DNA of 64,000 nt from an uncultured Bacteroidota bacterium (GCA_963809695.1 CAWEKI010000012.1:85493-149492), one strand, 5' to 3'. Shown: positions 50,436 through 60,230, numbered from the stretch's first letter. The notes: generated by a model not told the origin, from the sequence alone. Numbers and translations: made by a program.

Positions 50436-50857
50436 TGCCCTGGGTACAGAAGGAGTTTGCGCTCTTGCCGAAAAGACGCGGGTTTCATCTGGTGACGTCT
50501 GAAATTGTGGGGCAGATGCCGGAGATTGGCACGATACGGCGCGGGATTCTACATCTTTTCATTAAACACACATCAGCGTCGCTCACCATCAATGAAAATG
50601 CCGACCCGACCGTTCGGACGGATCTGGAGCGGCACTTCAACGAGCTTGCCCCTGAGAATGAGCCATATTACGAGCATGACACCGAAGGATCAGACGATAT
50701 GCCGGCGCACATCAAGGCGTCAATGCTTGGGAGCAGTGTGACAATCCCGATTAGCGCGGGCCGGTTAAACCTGGGCACGTGGCAAGGCATCTATCTCTGC
50801 GAGCACAGGAACCGCGGCGGAAGCAGAGAGATCGTTGCGACGATCTGTGGTGAATAA
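50435..50857 (+). CDS. YjbQ/UPF0047-family protein (secondary thiamine-phosphate synthase-like)
   Basis: Start at the second Met (MPWVQKEFALLPKRRGFHLVTSEIV). The YjbQ-type sequence continues (SASLTINENADPTVRTDL…). A 1-nt overlap (TAATG) joins it to the cytochrome gene. Confidence 0.7.
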   Translation: MPWVQKEFALLPKRRGFHLVTSEIVGQMPEIGTIRRGILHLFIKHTSASLTINENADPTVRTDLERHFNELAPENEPYYEHDTEGSDDMPAHIKASMLGSSVTIPISAGRLNLGTWQGIYLCEHRNRGGSREIVATICGE

Positions 50858-50950
50858 GAGCCATTCGGTTCTCCGATATCCGTAAGGTGCTCCTACTGTT
50901 CGACGACTTTGATCTCCCGGCTCCCATTGTTGCAGTCGTCTTTGAAAACA

Positions 50951-51175
50951 TCACGCTGTTGCCTTGCTCTCTTCCGCTTTTCCACGCGAGCTTATTCCCA
51001 GCAGCAAATACAACGGGCACAAGCTTATGGCACTAGTTCCAATGAGCAGGACTGCGACGATTGCAAGGACGATCCCGAGCATCCCGGTCACGGTGCCATT
51101 CAGGAGGAAGAATGCGATTACGAGGGCTGCAACTGTGCGAATAATGCGATCCGCGGAACCCACGTTCTTTTTCAT
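50951..51175 (-). CDS. DUF2892 (YgaP-C-terminal-like) small membrane protein
   Basis: 74 aa: MKKNVGSADRIIRTVAALVIAFFLL…CPLYLLLGIS matches the DUF2892 pattern. A GGAG RBS sits 7 nt upstream on the minus strand. Confidence 0.6.
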   Translation of the reverse strand: MKKNVGSADRIIRTVAALVIAFFLLNGTVTGMLGIVLAIVAVLLIGTSAISLCPLYLLLGISSRGKAEESKATA

Positions 51176-51362
51176 TGGTATACTCCTATGGTTGTCGGTG
51201 GTGAGATGCAGAAACGCGAGGAACGGGTCAAGGGAGCTTCTTCGTTTCTACCGTGCCCAAGTTGCTTTTCAGTTGATAGTGATTTAGCCTCATCAATTCG
51301 ACCCTCAAGGGAACTCACAGCGAAAGAATCCCTGTTGGAAAGGGAGAACTAATCAGTGAACC

Positions 51363-52907
51363 ATGCCGAAAACCCTTTTATCCGGCAGTGCCGGTCTTCT
51401 CATACTCCAACTCCTGCTTTCCCCGTCTCGTCTCACTGCTCAAACCGTTGACTGGGCGCGCGTGCATGAGGTAACCCTGCGGGGGGTGGACCTGATCTAT
51501 GACCTTGACATGGCCCGGGCTTCGGTCGTGTTTGACACGGTCATTGCCATGGCACCCGGGGACCCCAGAGGATATTTCTTCAAGAGCATGGTCTCTTTCT
51601 GGACCTATACGCTTCAGAACCAGGAATCGGACTATGAGCGATTCATGTCCATATCCGACACTGTCATAGGGATATGCGAGCGGCTTGTGGACCATAATGA
51701 AAATGATGCGACCGCACGGTTTTACCTGGGAGGTATTCATGGATACCGGGGCATGGCCGAGCAACTCCATGGGTCGCTCTTCAAGGCGGTCCTGGAGGGG
51801 CGGAAAGGGTATTTCGAGCTCGAGGATGCCGTGCGGTTGCAGCCGGATCTCTACGATGCGCAGATGGGCTTCGGGCTTTTCCGCTACCTGGTTGCGAAGA
51901 TCCCAAGCAGCCTTGCCTGGGTTGCGCGGGTCGCCGGCTTCGATGGAGATCTGGAAGGGGGGCTGGCTTCGCTGCGCCTTGCAGCGACGAAGGGTGTCTA
52001 CACGCGAAGCGAAGCCGCCTTCTTCCTTTCCCAATTTCTCTTCAGTGAGCATCGGCGCGACCAGGCCTTCGAGCTCATGCGGACCCTGATTCAGCGCTAT
52101 CCCGATAACACGCTTTTCCTGGTGCTCTATTCCTCATGGCAATTGCGGGAAGGAAACCTTGATGAAGCTCTTGCCGCCATCAACAAGGCCTCGGAAGTGA
52201 ACGCACGCAAAGCCATCAAGTATGGCGAAGAGTTCATTCATAGCACCCGTGCCTCCATTGCCTACTCCCGCAATGATTTCTCCACAGCTCGAAGAGAGTA
52301 TGATCACTTCCTGGCAAAGCAAGTGCAGCGGAACATGGTTCCGAACTACACATATTACCGGATCGCTGTGGCCCGCGAGATCGCGGGCGATCGGCCGGGA
52401 GCCATCGAGGCCTGCAAGATGATGAAAGAAGCCAGCGCGACCGGGCAACCCAACGACGCCAATCTTTATCGAAGAGGAGAGGAACTGGCTGCTCGTCCTC
52501 TCACAGAAGGGGAGATCGCGCTCATCAAGGCCGCGAATGTAACCAACCGCAAGCTCTATGATTCATCGGCGATATATTATCGAACCGCCCTGGAGATGTC
52601 GGCGGGGGATCCGGATGTTCGCCTCCGCGCGCTTTACGGGCTGCAGCAATCGTACTACGATACGGGGCGGGATTCGGAGGCGGTGAATGCAGGTGAGCAA
52701 GCGGTTGCCATCAAACCGGTGCGCGAGGTCTGGGTGGTTCCGCATGCCTACTTCAAATTGGCCCAATCCTATGAACGGCTTGGGCGGCCAACAGAAGCCG
52801 CCAGAGCTCTCGACCGTGTCGGGGATTATGATGACTATGATTACCAGAAGTCGCTGGAACGAAGAGTCGATGAAGAACGCAAGAAGTTGACTGGACCGCC
52901 ACCATAA
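51363..52907 (+). CDS. secreted tetratricopeptide-repeat protein
   Basis: 514 aa with a signal peptide. The sequence is repetitive and helical, with TPR-like A/Y/L spacing. Confidence 0.55.
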   Translation: MPKTLLSGSAGLLILQLLLSPSRLTAQTVDWARVHEVTLRGVDLIYDLDMARASVVFDTVIAMAPGDPRGYFFKSMVSFWTYTLQNQESDYERFMSISDTVIGICERLVDHNENDATARFYLGGIHGYRGMAEQLHGSLFKAVLEGRKGYFELEDAVRLQPDLYDAQMGFGLFRYLVAKIPSSLAWVARVAGFDGDLEGGLASLRLAATKGVYTRSEAAFFLSQFLFSEHRRDQAFELMRTLIQRYPDNTLFLVLYSSWQLREGNLDEALAAINKASEVNARKAIKYGEEFIHSTRASIAYSRNDFSTARREYDHFLAKQVQRNMVPNYTYYRIAVAREIAGDRPGAIEACKMMKEASATGQPNDANLYRRGEELAARPLTEGEIALIKAANVTNRKLYDSSAIYYRTALEMSAGDPDVRLRALYGLQQSYYDTGRDSEAVNAGEQAVAIKPVREVWVVPHAYFKLAQSYERLGRPTEAARALDRVGDYDDYDYQKSLERRVDEERKKLTGPPP

Positions 52908-52928
52908 AAGAAAACGGAGAATCCCATC

Positions 52929-53441
52929 ATGGACGCCAACGAGCTGAAATCGTTACAGGCTCCGCTCAAGGAAAAATACAGGCAGGAACCTGCGTCAGCG
53001 CTGGTGACACTGCGGGCAACGGGGCGGGCTGCGGAAGGAGTTGCATGCAGTGTTGAGACGGGAAAAGCCCTGGTCAAAGCCGGGCTGCACCCCGCAAGCG
53101 GCGGCGACGGGAGCTTCGTATGCTCGGGCGATATGCTTCTACAGGCACTAGTTGCATGCGCCGGGGTTACACTTCGGGCCGTAGCCACGTCTCTTGCGTT
53201 GGATGTTCAGGATGCTGAAGTCACGGCAGAAGGGGACCTGGACTTCCGCGGGACGCTCGGCGTCTCCAAAGAGACTTCCGTAGGGTTCAGGGACATTCGT
53301 CTTCGTTTCAATCTCGTTGGGTCACTGTCCGACGAACAGCGGACGACGTTGATTCGCCTCACCGAGCGCTATTGTGTGGTCTTGCAGACGCTGAGACAGG
53401 CTCCGCCGGTCTCTGTCTCGGCAAGTACCTCCCCTGCTTAA
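52929..53441 (+). CDS. OsmC/Ohr-family peroxiredoxin-like protein
   Basis: 170 aa. OsmC-type motifs GGDGSFVCSGDMLLQALVACAGVT and a C-terminal conserved Cys region are present. Confidence 0.75.
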   Translation: MDANELKSLQAPLKEKYRQEPASALVTLRATGRAAEGVACSVETGKALVKAGLHPASGGDGSFVCSGDMLLQALVACAGVTLRAVATSLALDVQDAEVTAEGDLDFRGTLGVSKETSVGFRDIRLRFNLVGSLSDEQRTTLIRLTERYCVVLQTLRQAPPVSVSASTSPA

Positions 53442-53858
53442 TGCCGTGCTCATTGAACTGCATTATTCGCTCGCATTTCCACACCTTCGGCAAACGATTC
53501 CACCGTTGCATCGCGTGCAGCCTCCTTGAGAAGGCCCCCCGCGTCGCACAGGCCAATGATCGGGCAAGGGGAACCATCCACATTCCTCAATCGTTGCAGG
53601 AAAGGAGCTACGCCATGGCAATTACACCATTCTTCTTGTGAATTTGATCGGACTTGTAAGGAGAGCAGGAGAAGGAAATTGCGGAGACAGCCCGTATAGA
53701 ACATGAATCACTCCCGAAGGCCCCAGTGCGGTTGGATAAAGGTTGGAGAATCGAGGGGGGAGAAGGAGAGGGTGTGGGGCCTTCGGTATTAATTAAGAAG
53801 TCAGATATCTGATATCACATCTAACTCTCCCCACAGCTCTTCAGGCCGCTCGTCCCCA

Positions 53859-54089
53859 ATGGAGTACCGCGTCTTTTCAAGGAAGGACCTCAAGCATTTC
53901 GACGGAACAAACGGCGCACCCGCATATATCGCCTTCCACGGACAAGCCTATGACGTTTCCAAGAGTATTCGCTGGCCTGGAGGACGGCATCAGATTCTCC
54001 ACGATGCCGGGAGGGATCTGACGGACGGGCTTGCAGACGCTCCCCATGGCCGGGATGTATTGGCAAAAATCCCTAGGATGATAGGATGA
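53859..54089 (+). CDS. cytochrome b5-like haem-binding domain protein
   Basis: 76 aa. FDGTNGAPAYIAFHGQAYDVSKSIRWPGGRHQILHDAGRDLTDGLADAPHG fits the cyt-b5 fold, with HPGG-like WPGG and two His ligands. Confidence 0.65.
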   Translation: MEYRVFSRKDLKHFDGTNGAPAYIAFHGQAYDVSKSIRWPGGRHQILHDAGRDLTDGLADAPHGRDVLAKIPRMIG

Positions 54090-55576
54090 ACGAACAGCGC
54101 CTGGCACTGAAGGAAGAAACTCTCGACCCTGCGGACTGGAACAAGTTCCGGGATCTCGGGCACCGGATGGTCGATGACATGATTGACTATCTGCGGACGG
54201 TCCGGGAGCGGCCGGTATGGCAGCCGATCCCTGAAGCGGTCGCCACTTCGTTCCGGGAGCCTCTTCCAAAGTCACCGGAACCCATTGAGCAGATCTACGA
54301 AGAGTTCCGAACGCGTATTCTGCCCTATCCCACGGGCAACATTCATCCCCGCTTCTGGGGATGGGTGATGGGAAACGGCACGGCGACGGCCATGATGGCT
54401 GAAATGCTTGCGGCGGGAATGAACCTGAATCAGGGGGGAGGAGCTCAGGCGGGCGGACTTGTCGAGCAGCAGGTCATTGATTGGTGCAAGGAAATGCTTG
54501 GCTACCCCCGGGAAGCAAGCGGCATCCTCGTGAGCGGGGGATCGATGGCGAATCTTACCGGCCTGACCGTGGCACGAAACAGTCAAGCCGGTTTCGACAT
54601 CCGCAAAGAAGGTCTATGCGGCGGCAAACAGCTCACGGTATATGCCTCGACCGAAGTGCACAGCTCCGTACCCAAAGCTGTGGAGCTGTTGGGCCTCGGG
54701 CAAAAAGGGCTCAGCCTGATCCCTGTTGGGCAGGATTTCACTATTGACATTCCGTCGCTTCGGAGGGCCATTCGCGAGGATCGAGCCAAAGGGATCCGGC
54801 CGCTGTGCGTTGTGGGATGTGCAGGGACGACGAATACAGGAGCCATTGACCCACTTGACGCGCTGGCGGATGTCTGCAGTGAAGAAAAGATGTGGTTCCA
54901 CGTCGATGGAGCTTTCGGTGCGCTGGCGTTCCTCGCTCCGGAGCTGCGACATCTTGTCAAGGGAATGGAACGTGCCGATTCACTTGCCTTTGATATGCAT
55001 AAATGGATGTACCTTCCTTATGAGGTGGGGTGCACGCTCGTCCGTGACGCGGAAGCCCACCGGCGTGCATTCACGCTGACCCCCGACTATCTTGAGCATA
55101 CCACGCGCGGAATCGCCGGCAGCGATCTCTGGTTCAGCGACTATGGCGTGCAGCTGACGCGCGGATTCAGGGCGCTTAAAGTCTGGATGAGTCTCAAAGA
55201 GCACGGCATCGATGCGTTCGGGAGGCTCGTCCTGCAGAATGTCGAGCAGGCACGCTATTGTGCATCGGTGGTGAGGGAACAAAAGGATCTCGAGTTGCTC
55301 GTTCCCGCCTCGTTGAACATCGTCTGTTTCCGCTACCGCGGATCTCTCACGGATCCTGCCGCGCTGGATGCACTGAACAAGGAACTGCTTCTCCGTCTCC
55401 ATGAAAGCGGAGTGGCCGCCCCTTCCTACACAGTCATTCAGGGAAAATACGCTCTCCGCGTGTGCAACACAAACCACAGGAGCAAGCGGGAGGATTTCGA
55501 TCTGTTTGTAGACGAGGTGCTGCGCATCGGGCGGAAGATTGAGGGGGAAACCACAGATGGACAGAGAGAGAAGTAA
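54086..55576 (+). CDS. PLP-dependent group II amino-acid decarboxylase family protein
   Basis: 496 aa. ATGA overlap with the b5-like gene. The PLP-lysine motif is SLAFDMHKWMYLPYEVGC. Group II decarboxylase collinearity is visible (GGSMANLTGL, FHVDGAFGA). Confidence 0.8.
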   Translation: MNEQRLALKEETLDPADWNKFRDLGHRMVDDMIDYLRTVRERPVWQPIPEAVATSFREPLPKSPEPIEQIYEEFRTRILPYPTGNIHPRFWGWVMGNGTATAMMAEMLAAGMNLNQGGGAQAGGLVEQQVIDWCKEMLGYPREASGILVSGGSMANLTGLTVARNSQAGFDIRKEGLCGGKQLTVYASTEVHSSVPKAVELLGLGQKGLSLIPVGQDFTIDIPSLRRAIREDRAKGIRPLCVVGCAGTTNTGAIDPLDALADVCSEEKMWFHVDGAFGALAFLAPELRHLVKGMERADSLAFDMHKWMYLPYEVGCTLVRDAEAHRRAFTLTPDYLEHTTRGIAGSDLWFSDYGVQLTRGFRALKVWMSLKEHGIDAFGRLVLQNVEQARYCASVVREQKDLELLVPASLNIVCFRYRGSLTDPAALDALNKELLLRLHESGVAAPSYTVIQGKYALRVCNTNHRSKREDFDLFVDEVLRIGRKIEGETTDGQREK

Positions 55577-55621
55577 GCGCGGTTGGACGCAGATGAAACG
55601 TGAACACCCAATTTCGAAGGG

Positions 55622-56149
55622 TCACCCCTCGAGATAGCTCCGCAGTCTTTTCCTCAACACCTTCAACGCGTGGTTGATCTGGTTCTCAACAGTCTTGGGA
55701 CTGAGACCAAGAAACTCCGCAATCTCGCGATTTGACTTACCTTCAAACCTGCTGAGTAGGAATACCGTCCGGCACTTCTCGCCAAGTCCTTCATTGATGA
55801 CCGCATCGAGCTCATCCTCAAGCATTGTCAGCTCCAGCGCTTCATGAGGATCGTCTCCTTCGGAAAGCGTTGGCCGGGGAATCCTTCCCTCCAGTCGTTC
55901 ACGGACCTTCCGGTGCTTGGCTGCGTCCAACACCAGGTTAGTGCTAATGCTCAAAGCAAGTGCAAGAAAACTGCGGTGCGGCCGGAGCGTTGTGCGATGT
56001 TCCCAGATCCTGACGAATGTCTCCTGGACGATGTCGTGCGAGAGATCGGTCTGGCGCGTGTGGCACAGCGCCCGGCGAAAGATAATCGGCTGATAGCGGT
56101 TAAAAAGTGCCCGAAAGGCCACCATGTCGGAGTCCCTGACCCTTTCCAT
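55622..56149 (-). CDS. ECF-type RNA polymerase sigma factor (sigma-70 family)
   Basis: Probable start MERVRDSDMVAFRALFNRYQPIIFRRAL (sigma region 2). The ORF-track start at 56218 is an upstream in-frame alternative. Region 4 HTH is present (EKCRTVFLLSRFEGKSNREIAEFLGLSPKTVENQINHALKVLRKRL). Confidence 0.8.
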   Translation of the reverse strand: MERVRDSDMVAFRALFNRYQPIIFRRALCHTRQTDLSHDIVQETFVRIWEHRTTLRPHRSFLALALSISTNLVLDAAKHRKVRERLEGRIPRPTLSEGDDPHEALELTMLEDELDAVINEGLGEKCRTVFLLSRFEGKSNREIAEFLGLSPKTVENQINHALKVLRKRLRSYLEG

Positions 56150-56391
56150 GAGCCGCTTATCTGATGTCTGCACATCCACGCGACACCAAAAATCGATAGT
56201 GACTGCAAAATAGGACATCTGTCATAGACCTGCAACTGGGACAAGACGAACTCAGGGGACACTAAGCACCAAGAGGGACAAAACAATGGTTTTGCTTTTG
56301 CCCTATTGTTCTTTTCTCTGTGTCCTTTGTGTTCCTCTTTCTGATGATTTGGGTGCGCAAGGCAGGATGATCGTTAATAATGTAGGCACCC

Positions 56392-56826
56392 ATGACCCCG
56401 ACACAACATAACAGCAGGCTTCTTATCTTGTTCTTGATGCCGCTTCTCGCTGCACGGTGCTTGGACTATGGCACTCCGCTCGATCCCGGAGTTGCCTCGA
56501 TTTCCGGCTCCTGGGTCTGGCAGCGGTCGACGGGTGGCTTCGCTCCCCACGTTATCCTGCCGCCCCCAGGGTCAATGACTGTGGATACTTTTTCCCCGCG
56601 TGGAGACTATGCAAGGGTAAAGGATGGAATTCTCGTTTTGACCGCCCGGTTTGCAATCAAGACCCAGGATTCCCATCTCATGGTGCAGTACAGCGATATA
56701 AACTCGGGAGGCCAGTATCCGGTTGTCCACCTCTTCGATCAGTGGGCAGCAGTGGAAGGAGATACCCTTCGCCTCGTTGATGATGGAGCAGATCTTTACG
56801 CGCACACATATGCGCGAGTCAAGTAG
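56392..56826 (+). CDS. hypothetical secreted protein
   Basis: 144 aa with a hydrophobic N-terminus (LLILFLMPLLAARC). No family recognised. It sits between the divergent ECF sigma and FecR genes. Confidence 0.35.
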   Translation: MTPTQHNSRLLILFLMPLLAARCLDYGTPLDPGVASISGSWVWQRSTGGFAPHVILPPPGSMTVDTFSPRGDYARVKDGILVLTARFAIKTQDSHLMVQYSDINSGGQYPVVHLFDQWAAVEGDTLRLVDDGADLYAHTYARVK

Positions 56827-56836
56827 GAGGTCCACG

Positions 56837-57775
56837 ATGGTTCATTTCTTAAAATTCTCTGCCTGGTTCAAACAACGACGGTCCTTGGCGGGAGACCAGC
56901 AAGCGGATTTCTCCGCCTTGCAGGACCTTGTGGATGCCCGGGCTCGCAACTTGCACGCGGCGGATCCGGACACGGCCCGTCAATGGCAGTATCTGAACGT
57001 CGTTCTGCAAAAAGGTCCAGCCCTCGAGAAGAGCAGGAAGAAAGTTGGGGCATTCCGACTCCTCAATCCCTCAATCTCCTTTGGCGGCATCGCAACGATT
57101 GTCCTGATTGTCGCCGGAGTGCTCTGGATCAACCGGAGCTCTGTGTCGACGTATGTGACAGGGAAAGGTCAGCAGTCATCGATCATGCTGTCAGACAGCA
57201 GCGATGTGACGCTCAACCACACTTCTTCGCTTGTTGTGGAAAATCGTCCGTTCGGCGGCACGCGGCATGTTTCGCTGAAGGGGGAGGCATTCTTCAACGT
57301 GCGAAGGAACGGAACGGCTTTTGTTGTCACAACGGACGTAGGCACTGTGCAGGTGCTTGGGACTCAATTTGATGTCCGGGTACGCGGGGGGCAGTTGGTG
57401 GTGGGTGTTGTCGGGGGGAGTGTGAGCGTGAGCGCCCAGCGAGGAGGACGAGACAGCTCGGTAGTGCTTGCGGCAGGGCAGATTGTCACGTGTATGAAGG
57501 ACAACTATCCAGGCACTCCAGGACAACTTCCTTTTGCCGACTATCCGGGGTGGACCCGGGGAAAATTCCTCTTCTACAAGACGAGCATTCTCTCGGCCTG
57601 CAAGGAAATTGAATCGCAGTTTGATGTACAGATCAGCATTGAGCGCCCGGGTGCGGGAGAGGAGACGATCACTGGCGTAGTCGATGGACACAGTGCGGAG
57701 ACTGCTGTTGCTGCTTTGTCGAATTTGACAGGACGAAAGTTTCGGCATGAGAACGGCGTGTACACTCTTTATTAG
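56837..57775 (+). CDS. FecR-family anti-sigma factor / trans-envelope signal transducer
   Basis: ATG at 56837 with an AGGAGG RBS 7 nt upstream. A single TM segment is present (IATIVLIVAGVLWI), with a periplasmic FecR domain (GKGQQSSIMLSDSSDVTLNHTSSL…VLGTQFDV). Confidence 0.75.
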   Translation: MVHFLKFSAWFKQRRSLAGDQQADFSALQDLVDARARNLHAADPDTARQWQYLNVVLQKGPALEKSRKKVGAFRLLNPSISFGGIATIVLIVAGVLWINRSSVSTYVTGKGQQSSIMLSDSSDVTLNHTSSLVVENRPFGGTRHVSLKGEAFFNVRRNGTAFVVTTDVGTVQVLGTQFDVRVRGGQLVVGVVGGSVSVSAQRGGRDSSVVLAAGQIVTCMKDNYPGTPGQLPFADYPGWTRGKFLFYKTSILSACKEIESQFDVQISIERPGAGEETITGVVDGHSAETAVAALSNLTGRKFRHENGVYTLY

Positions 57776-60230
57776 CCTCGTTCTGGCAATCGGGATGACA
57801 TCGGGCGCCGATGCGCAGGACAGGACGCGGAGCTTTCAATTCTCGGATTTGAGCCTCCGGTCAGCTCTGGACTCGCTTATGCGGTGGTATCCCGTCTCTA
57901 TTGTCTATCTTGACAGGGACGTTGAAGAGAAAAGGGCGTTCGCATCGTGCTCCAGTTGCAGTTTCGAAGAAGCATTGAACGGCGTTCTCGAAGGCACTTC
58001 ACTCACGTGGATGAGAACGGGAAACCAGGTGATCCTGAAAGCCATGGCTGTTGCGCCTTCCCATCCCGCAGCCACGCTGTGTGGCACCGTGACGGACTCC
58101 CTGACGGGGGAAGGGATCGCCAATGCGACCGTGGTTGTTCGGGACAATATTGGTGAAGCATCCCCGACAATTCAACGCTGGTGCCCGACGAACCCCTATG
58201 GTTTCTATTCTCTCCGCAATCTCTCTCCCGGAGCTTACACAATCATGGTGCGTGCAATGGGATACACGCCGCTGGAAGTGGCTATTGTTGTGCCTCCAAG
58301 CGGGCCGGTCTGGATGGACATCAGCATGAAATCAGAAGAAATCACACTGCAGGAGGTTACCATTGAGGGATACCGCTCAGCGCTGGCGTCAGCGGGGACC
58401 TACTCGCGGGGGATCTACATCCGGTCCGGACCATCCGATCAGCATCAGTACTTTCTCGATGGCGCAAGAATCTACAACCCTTCGCATTTCGGAGGTGTGC
58501 TTAGCTCAATCAGCGACGAGGCGGTAAACGAGGTGCAGGAGATGGTCGAAGGAATGCCGCCCAACTATGGCGGCCGGATTGGCGGTATCCTGGATTTGTC
58601 GATGCGGGAGGGTACGCCGGAGCGCCTCTCCGGGTCCGCCGGGATCGGATCGCTGGGGTCTCGCCTCTCGCTGGAAGGTCCGCTGGGCGGTTCAACTTCC
58701 TATTTGATCTCGGGGCGGAGGGCGTTTCCGGATGCTCTGGTGCCTTTCCTCCCTCCGGACGGCACCCCGAGCCGCCTCGGTTCATCCGAGGTCACTGCCA
58801 AGCTGAGTCATCGGCTTTCTTCCAGCAGCAGACTTTTTCTGAGTGGTTACTGGGGGAGCGACTCGTACGACAACCAGGTTGAGGGAGCCGGGATGCGGCT
58901 CAACAACAACTTTGGATGGGAAAACAGCATGATCAACCTGCGGTGGATCGGGATCGCATCGTCATCGCTCTTCTTGCATGCTTCAGCGTCCTACTCGAGG
59001 TATGGCTTTGCGCTTGAGCATGCAATGACCGGGGATCCATACCTTTCACCCGGATCATCGCTCTCTTCTGATTATGCCGTTGAGGATGTGACGCTGCGTG
59101 CGCAGGCGGAGCACTATTACGATGAAGAGCATACCGTGCTGGGCGGCATGGAGCTGATCCATCACCGGATGAGGGGGAATATCAGCACCTTCTCAAGCCA
59201 GATTGCGCCCATTTCATCGGAGTATTCTCCGATATGGGAGTTGTCGGTCTATTTGCAGGATCAGTGGAGAATCCTCCCGCGCGTCATGGCGGAGCTCGGG
59301 GCCCGGGCCACGAACTTCACGGGGAACAATGGATCGTTGTCGGCGGTCGACCCGCGGTTTGCCCTCCTCGTTTCACTGAGCGATCAATCCCGGATGTATG
59401 GGACAGTCACGTCCGTCAATCAGTTCGTTCACCCTTACAGGAACAGCGGCGTGTTTCTCTTTTACCCGGCCATCTTCTGGTATCCCTCCACCGACCGGGT
59501 ACGTTCCTCCGCGTCGCTGCAGATGACGCTTGGCATCGGGAAGAGTTTCGGGAACGATGCCTATCTCTTCTCTGCGGAGTCGTTCTACCGGACGACGCAC
59601 AATCTCCATGAATTCATGGCTGACACAGTGCTCAGCCTGTCGGGCGATCTGAGCGACAACGTGCACTTCGGGACGGGGAAATCGTACGGGATTAGCCTGG
59701 CGTTCCGGAGGCGCGTGGGGACACTAACCGGGTCCCTGGGCTATATGTACGCCTGGGAACAGAACACATTTCCGGAACTCAACGGAGGCGAGCCGTTTGT
59801 CCCTCGGTTCAGCCACCGTCATGAACTGCAAGTGGATGCGCGGATCGACGGAGGCGGGGCGTGGGCGTTTGGTGCGCTCTGCGTCGTTGCGCTCACTCAA
59901 TCATGGTTGCCGCCATCGGAGGCTTCAATGTCGCAGGACAATTTCGGTTCTGGGCCAGCGGCGTCGAGCCCTGCTCTGTCGCTCTTCGACCTCAGCCAGA
60001 ACCGGTTTCCGGGATTCCAAAGACTCGAGCTGAATGTGGCGCGGAGAGTAATGCTAGGGAGCGTATGGGGGGAGATTTCCCTTCGCCTGCTCAATGCGTA
60101 CGGGCTGCTGGATCCTTTTGCGTGGGAACTGCACCGGAGGCCTGACCTCCGGCTGAAGTGGACAGCCGACGTACAGCAGCTCCAACTCTTCCCGCTCTAT
60201 CCGGCATTGGGAATAACTGCGCGATTTTAG
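57747..60230 (+). CDS. TonB-dependent transducer-type receptor with N-terminal STN signalling domain and carboxypeptidase-regulatory-like domain
   Basis: 827 aa with a signal peptide. STN-like block FQFSDLSLRSALDSLMRWYPVSIVY…ALNGVLEGTSLTW. CarbopepD_reg-like block (LCGTVTDSLTGEGIANATVVVRD…YTIMVRAMGY). Plug and barrel follow. The C-terminal residue is F. Confidence 0.75.
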   Translation: MRTACTLFISLVLAIGMTSGADAQDRTRSFQFSDLSLRSALDSLMRWYPVSIVYLDRDVEEKRAFASCSSCSFEEALNGVLEGTSLTWMRTGNQVILKAMAVAPSHPAATLCGTVTDSLTGEGIANATVVVRDNIGEASPTIQRWCPTNPYGFYSLRNLSPGAYTIMVRAMGYTPLEVAIVVPPSGPVWMDISMKSEEITLQEVTIEGYRSALASAGTYSRGIYIRSGPSDQHQYFLDGARIYNPSHFGGVLSSISDEAVNEVQEMVEGMPPNYGGRIGGILDLSMREGTPERLSGSAGIGSLGSRLSLEGPLGGSTSYLISGRRAFPDALVPFLPPDGTPSRLGSSEVTAKLSHRLSSSSRLFLSGYWGSDSYDNQVEGAGMRLNNNFGWENSMINLRWIGIASSSLFLHASASYSRYGFALEHAMTGDPYLSPGSSLSSDYAVEDVTLRAQAEHYYDEEHTVLGGMELIHHRMRGNISTFSSQIAPISSEYSPIWELSVYLQDQWRILPRVMAELGARATNFTGNNGSLSAVDPRFALLVSLSDQSRMYGTVTSVNQFVHPYRNSGVFLFYPAIFWYPSTDRVRSSASLQMTLGIGKSFGNDAYLFSAESFYRTTHNLHEFMADTVLSLSGDLSDNVHFGTGKSYGISLAFRRRVGTLTGSLGYMYAWEQNTFPELNGGEPFVPRFSHRHELQVDARIDGGGAWAFGALCVVALTQSWLPPSEASMSQDNFGSGPAASSPALSLFDLSQNRFPGFQRLELNVARRVMLGSVWGEISLRLLNAYGLLDPFAWELHRRPDLRLKWTADVQQLQLFPLYPALGITARF

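Noticed and set aside
50909-51352. + strand ORFs (147 aa and 107 aa) across 50909-51352
   Set aside because: They overlap the well-supported minus-strand DUF2892 gene, which has a DUF2892 motif match and an RBS, and they have no features of their own.
53450-53704. 84-aa minus-strand ORF in the OsmC/b5 intergenic region
   Set aside because: No RBS and no family resemblance. It overlaps the stem-loop region and competes with the + strand small ORF. Probably a chance ORF.
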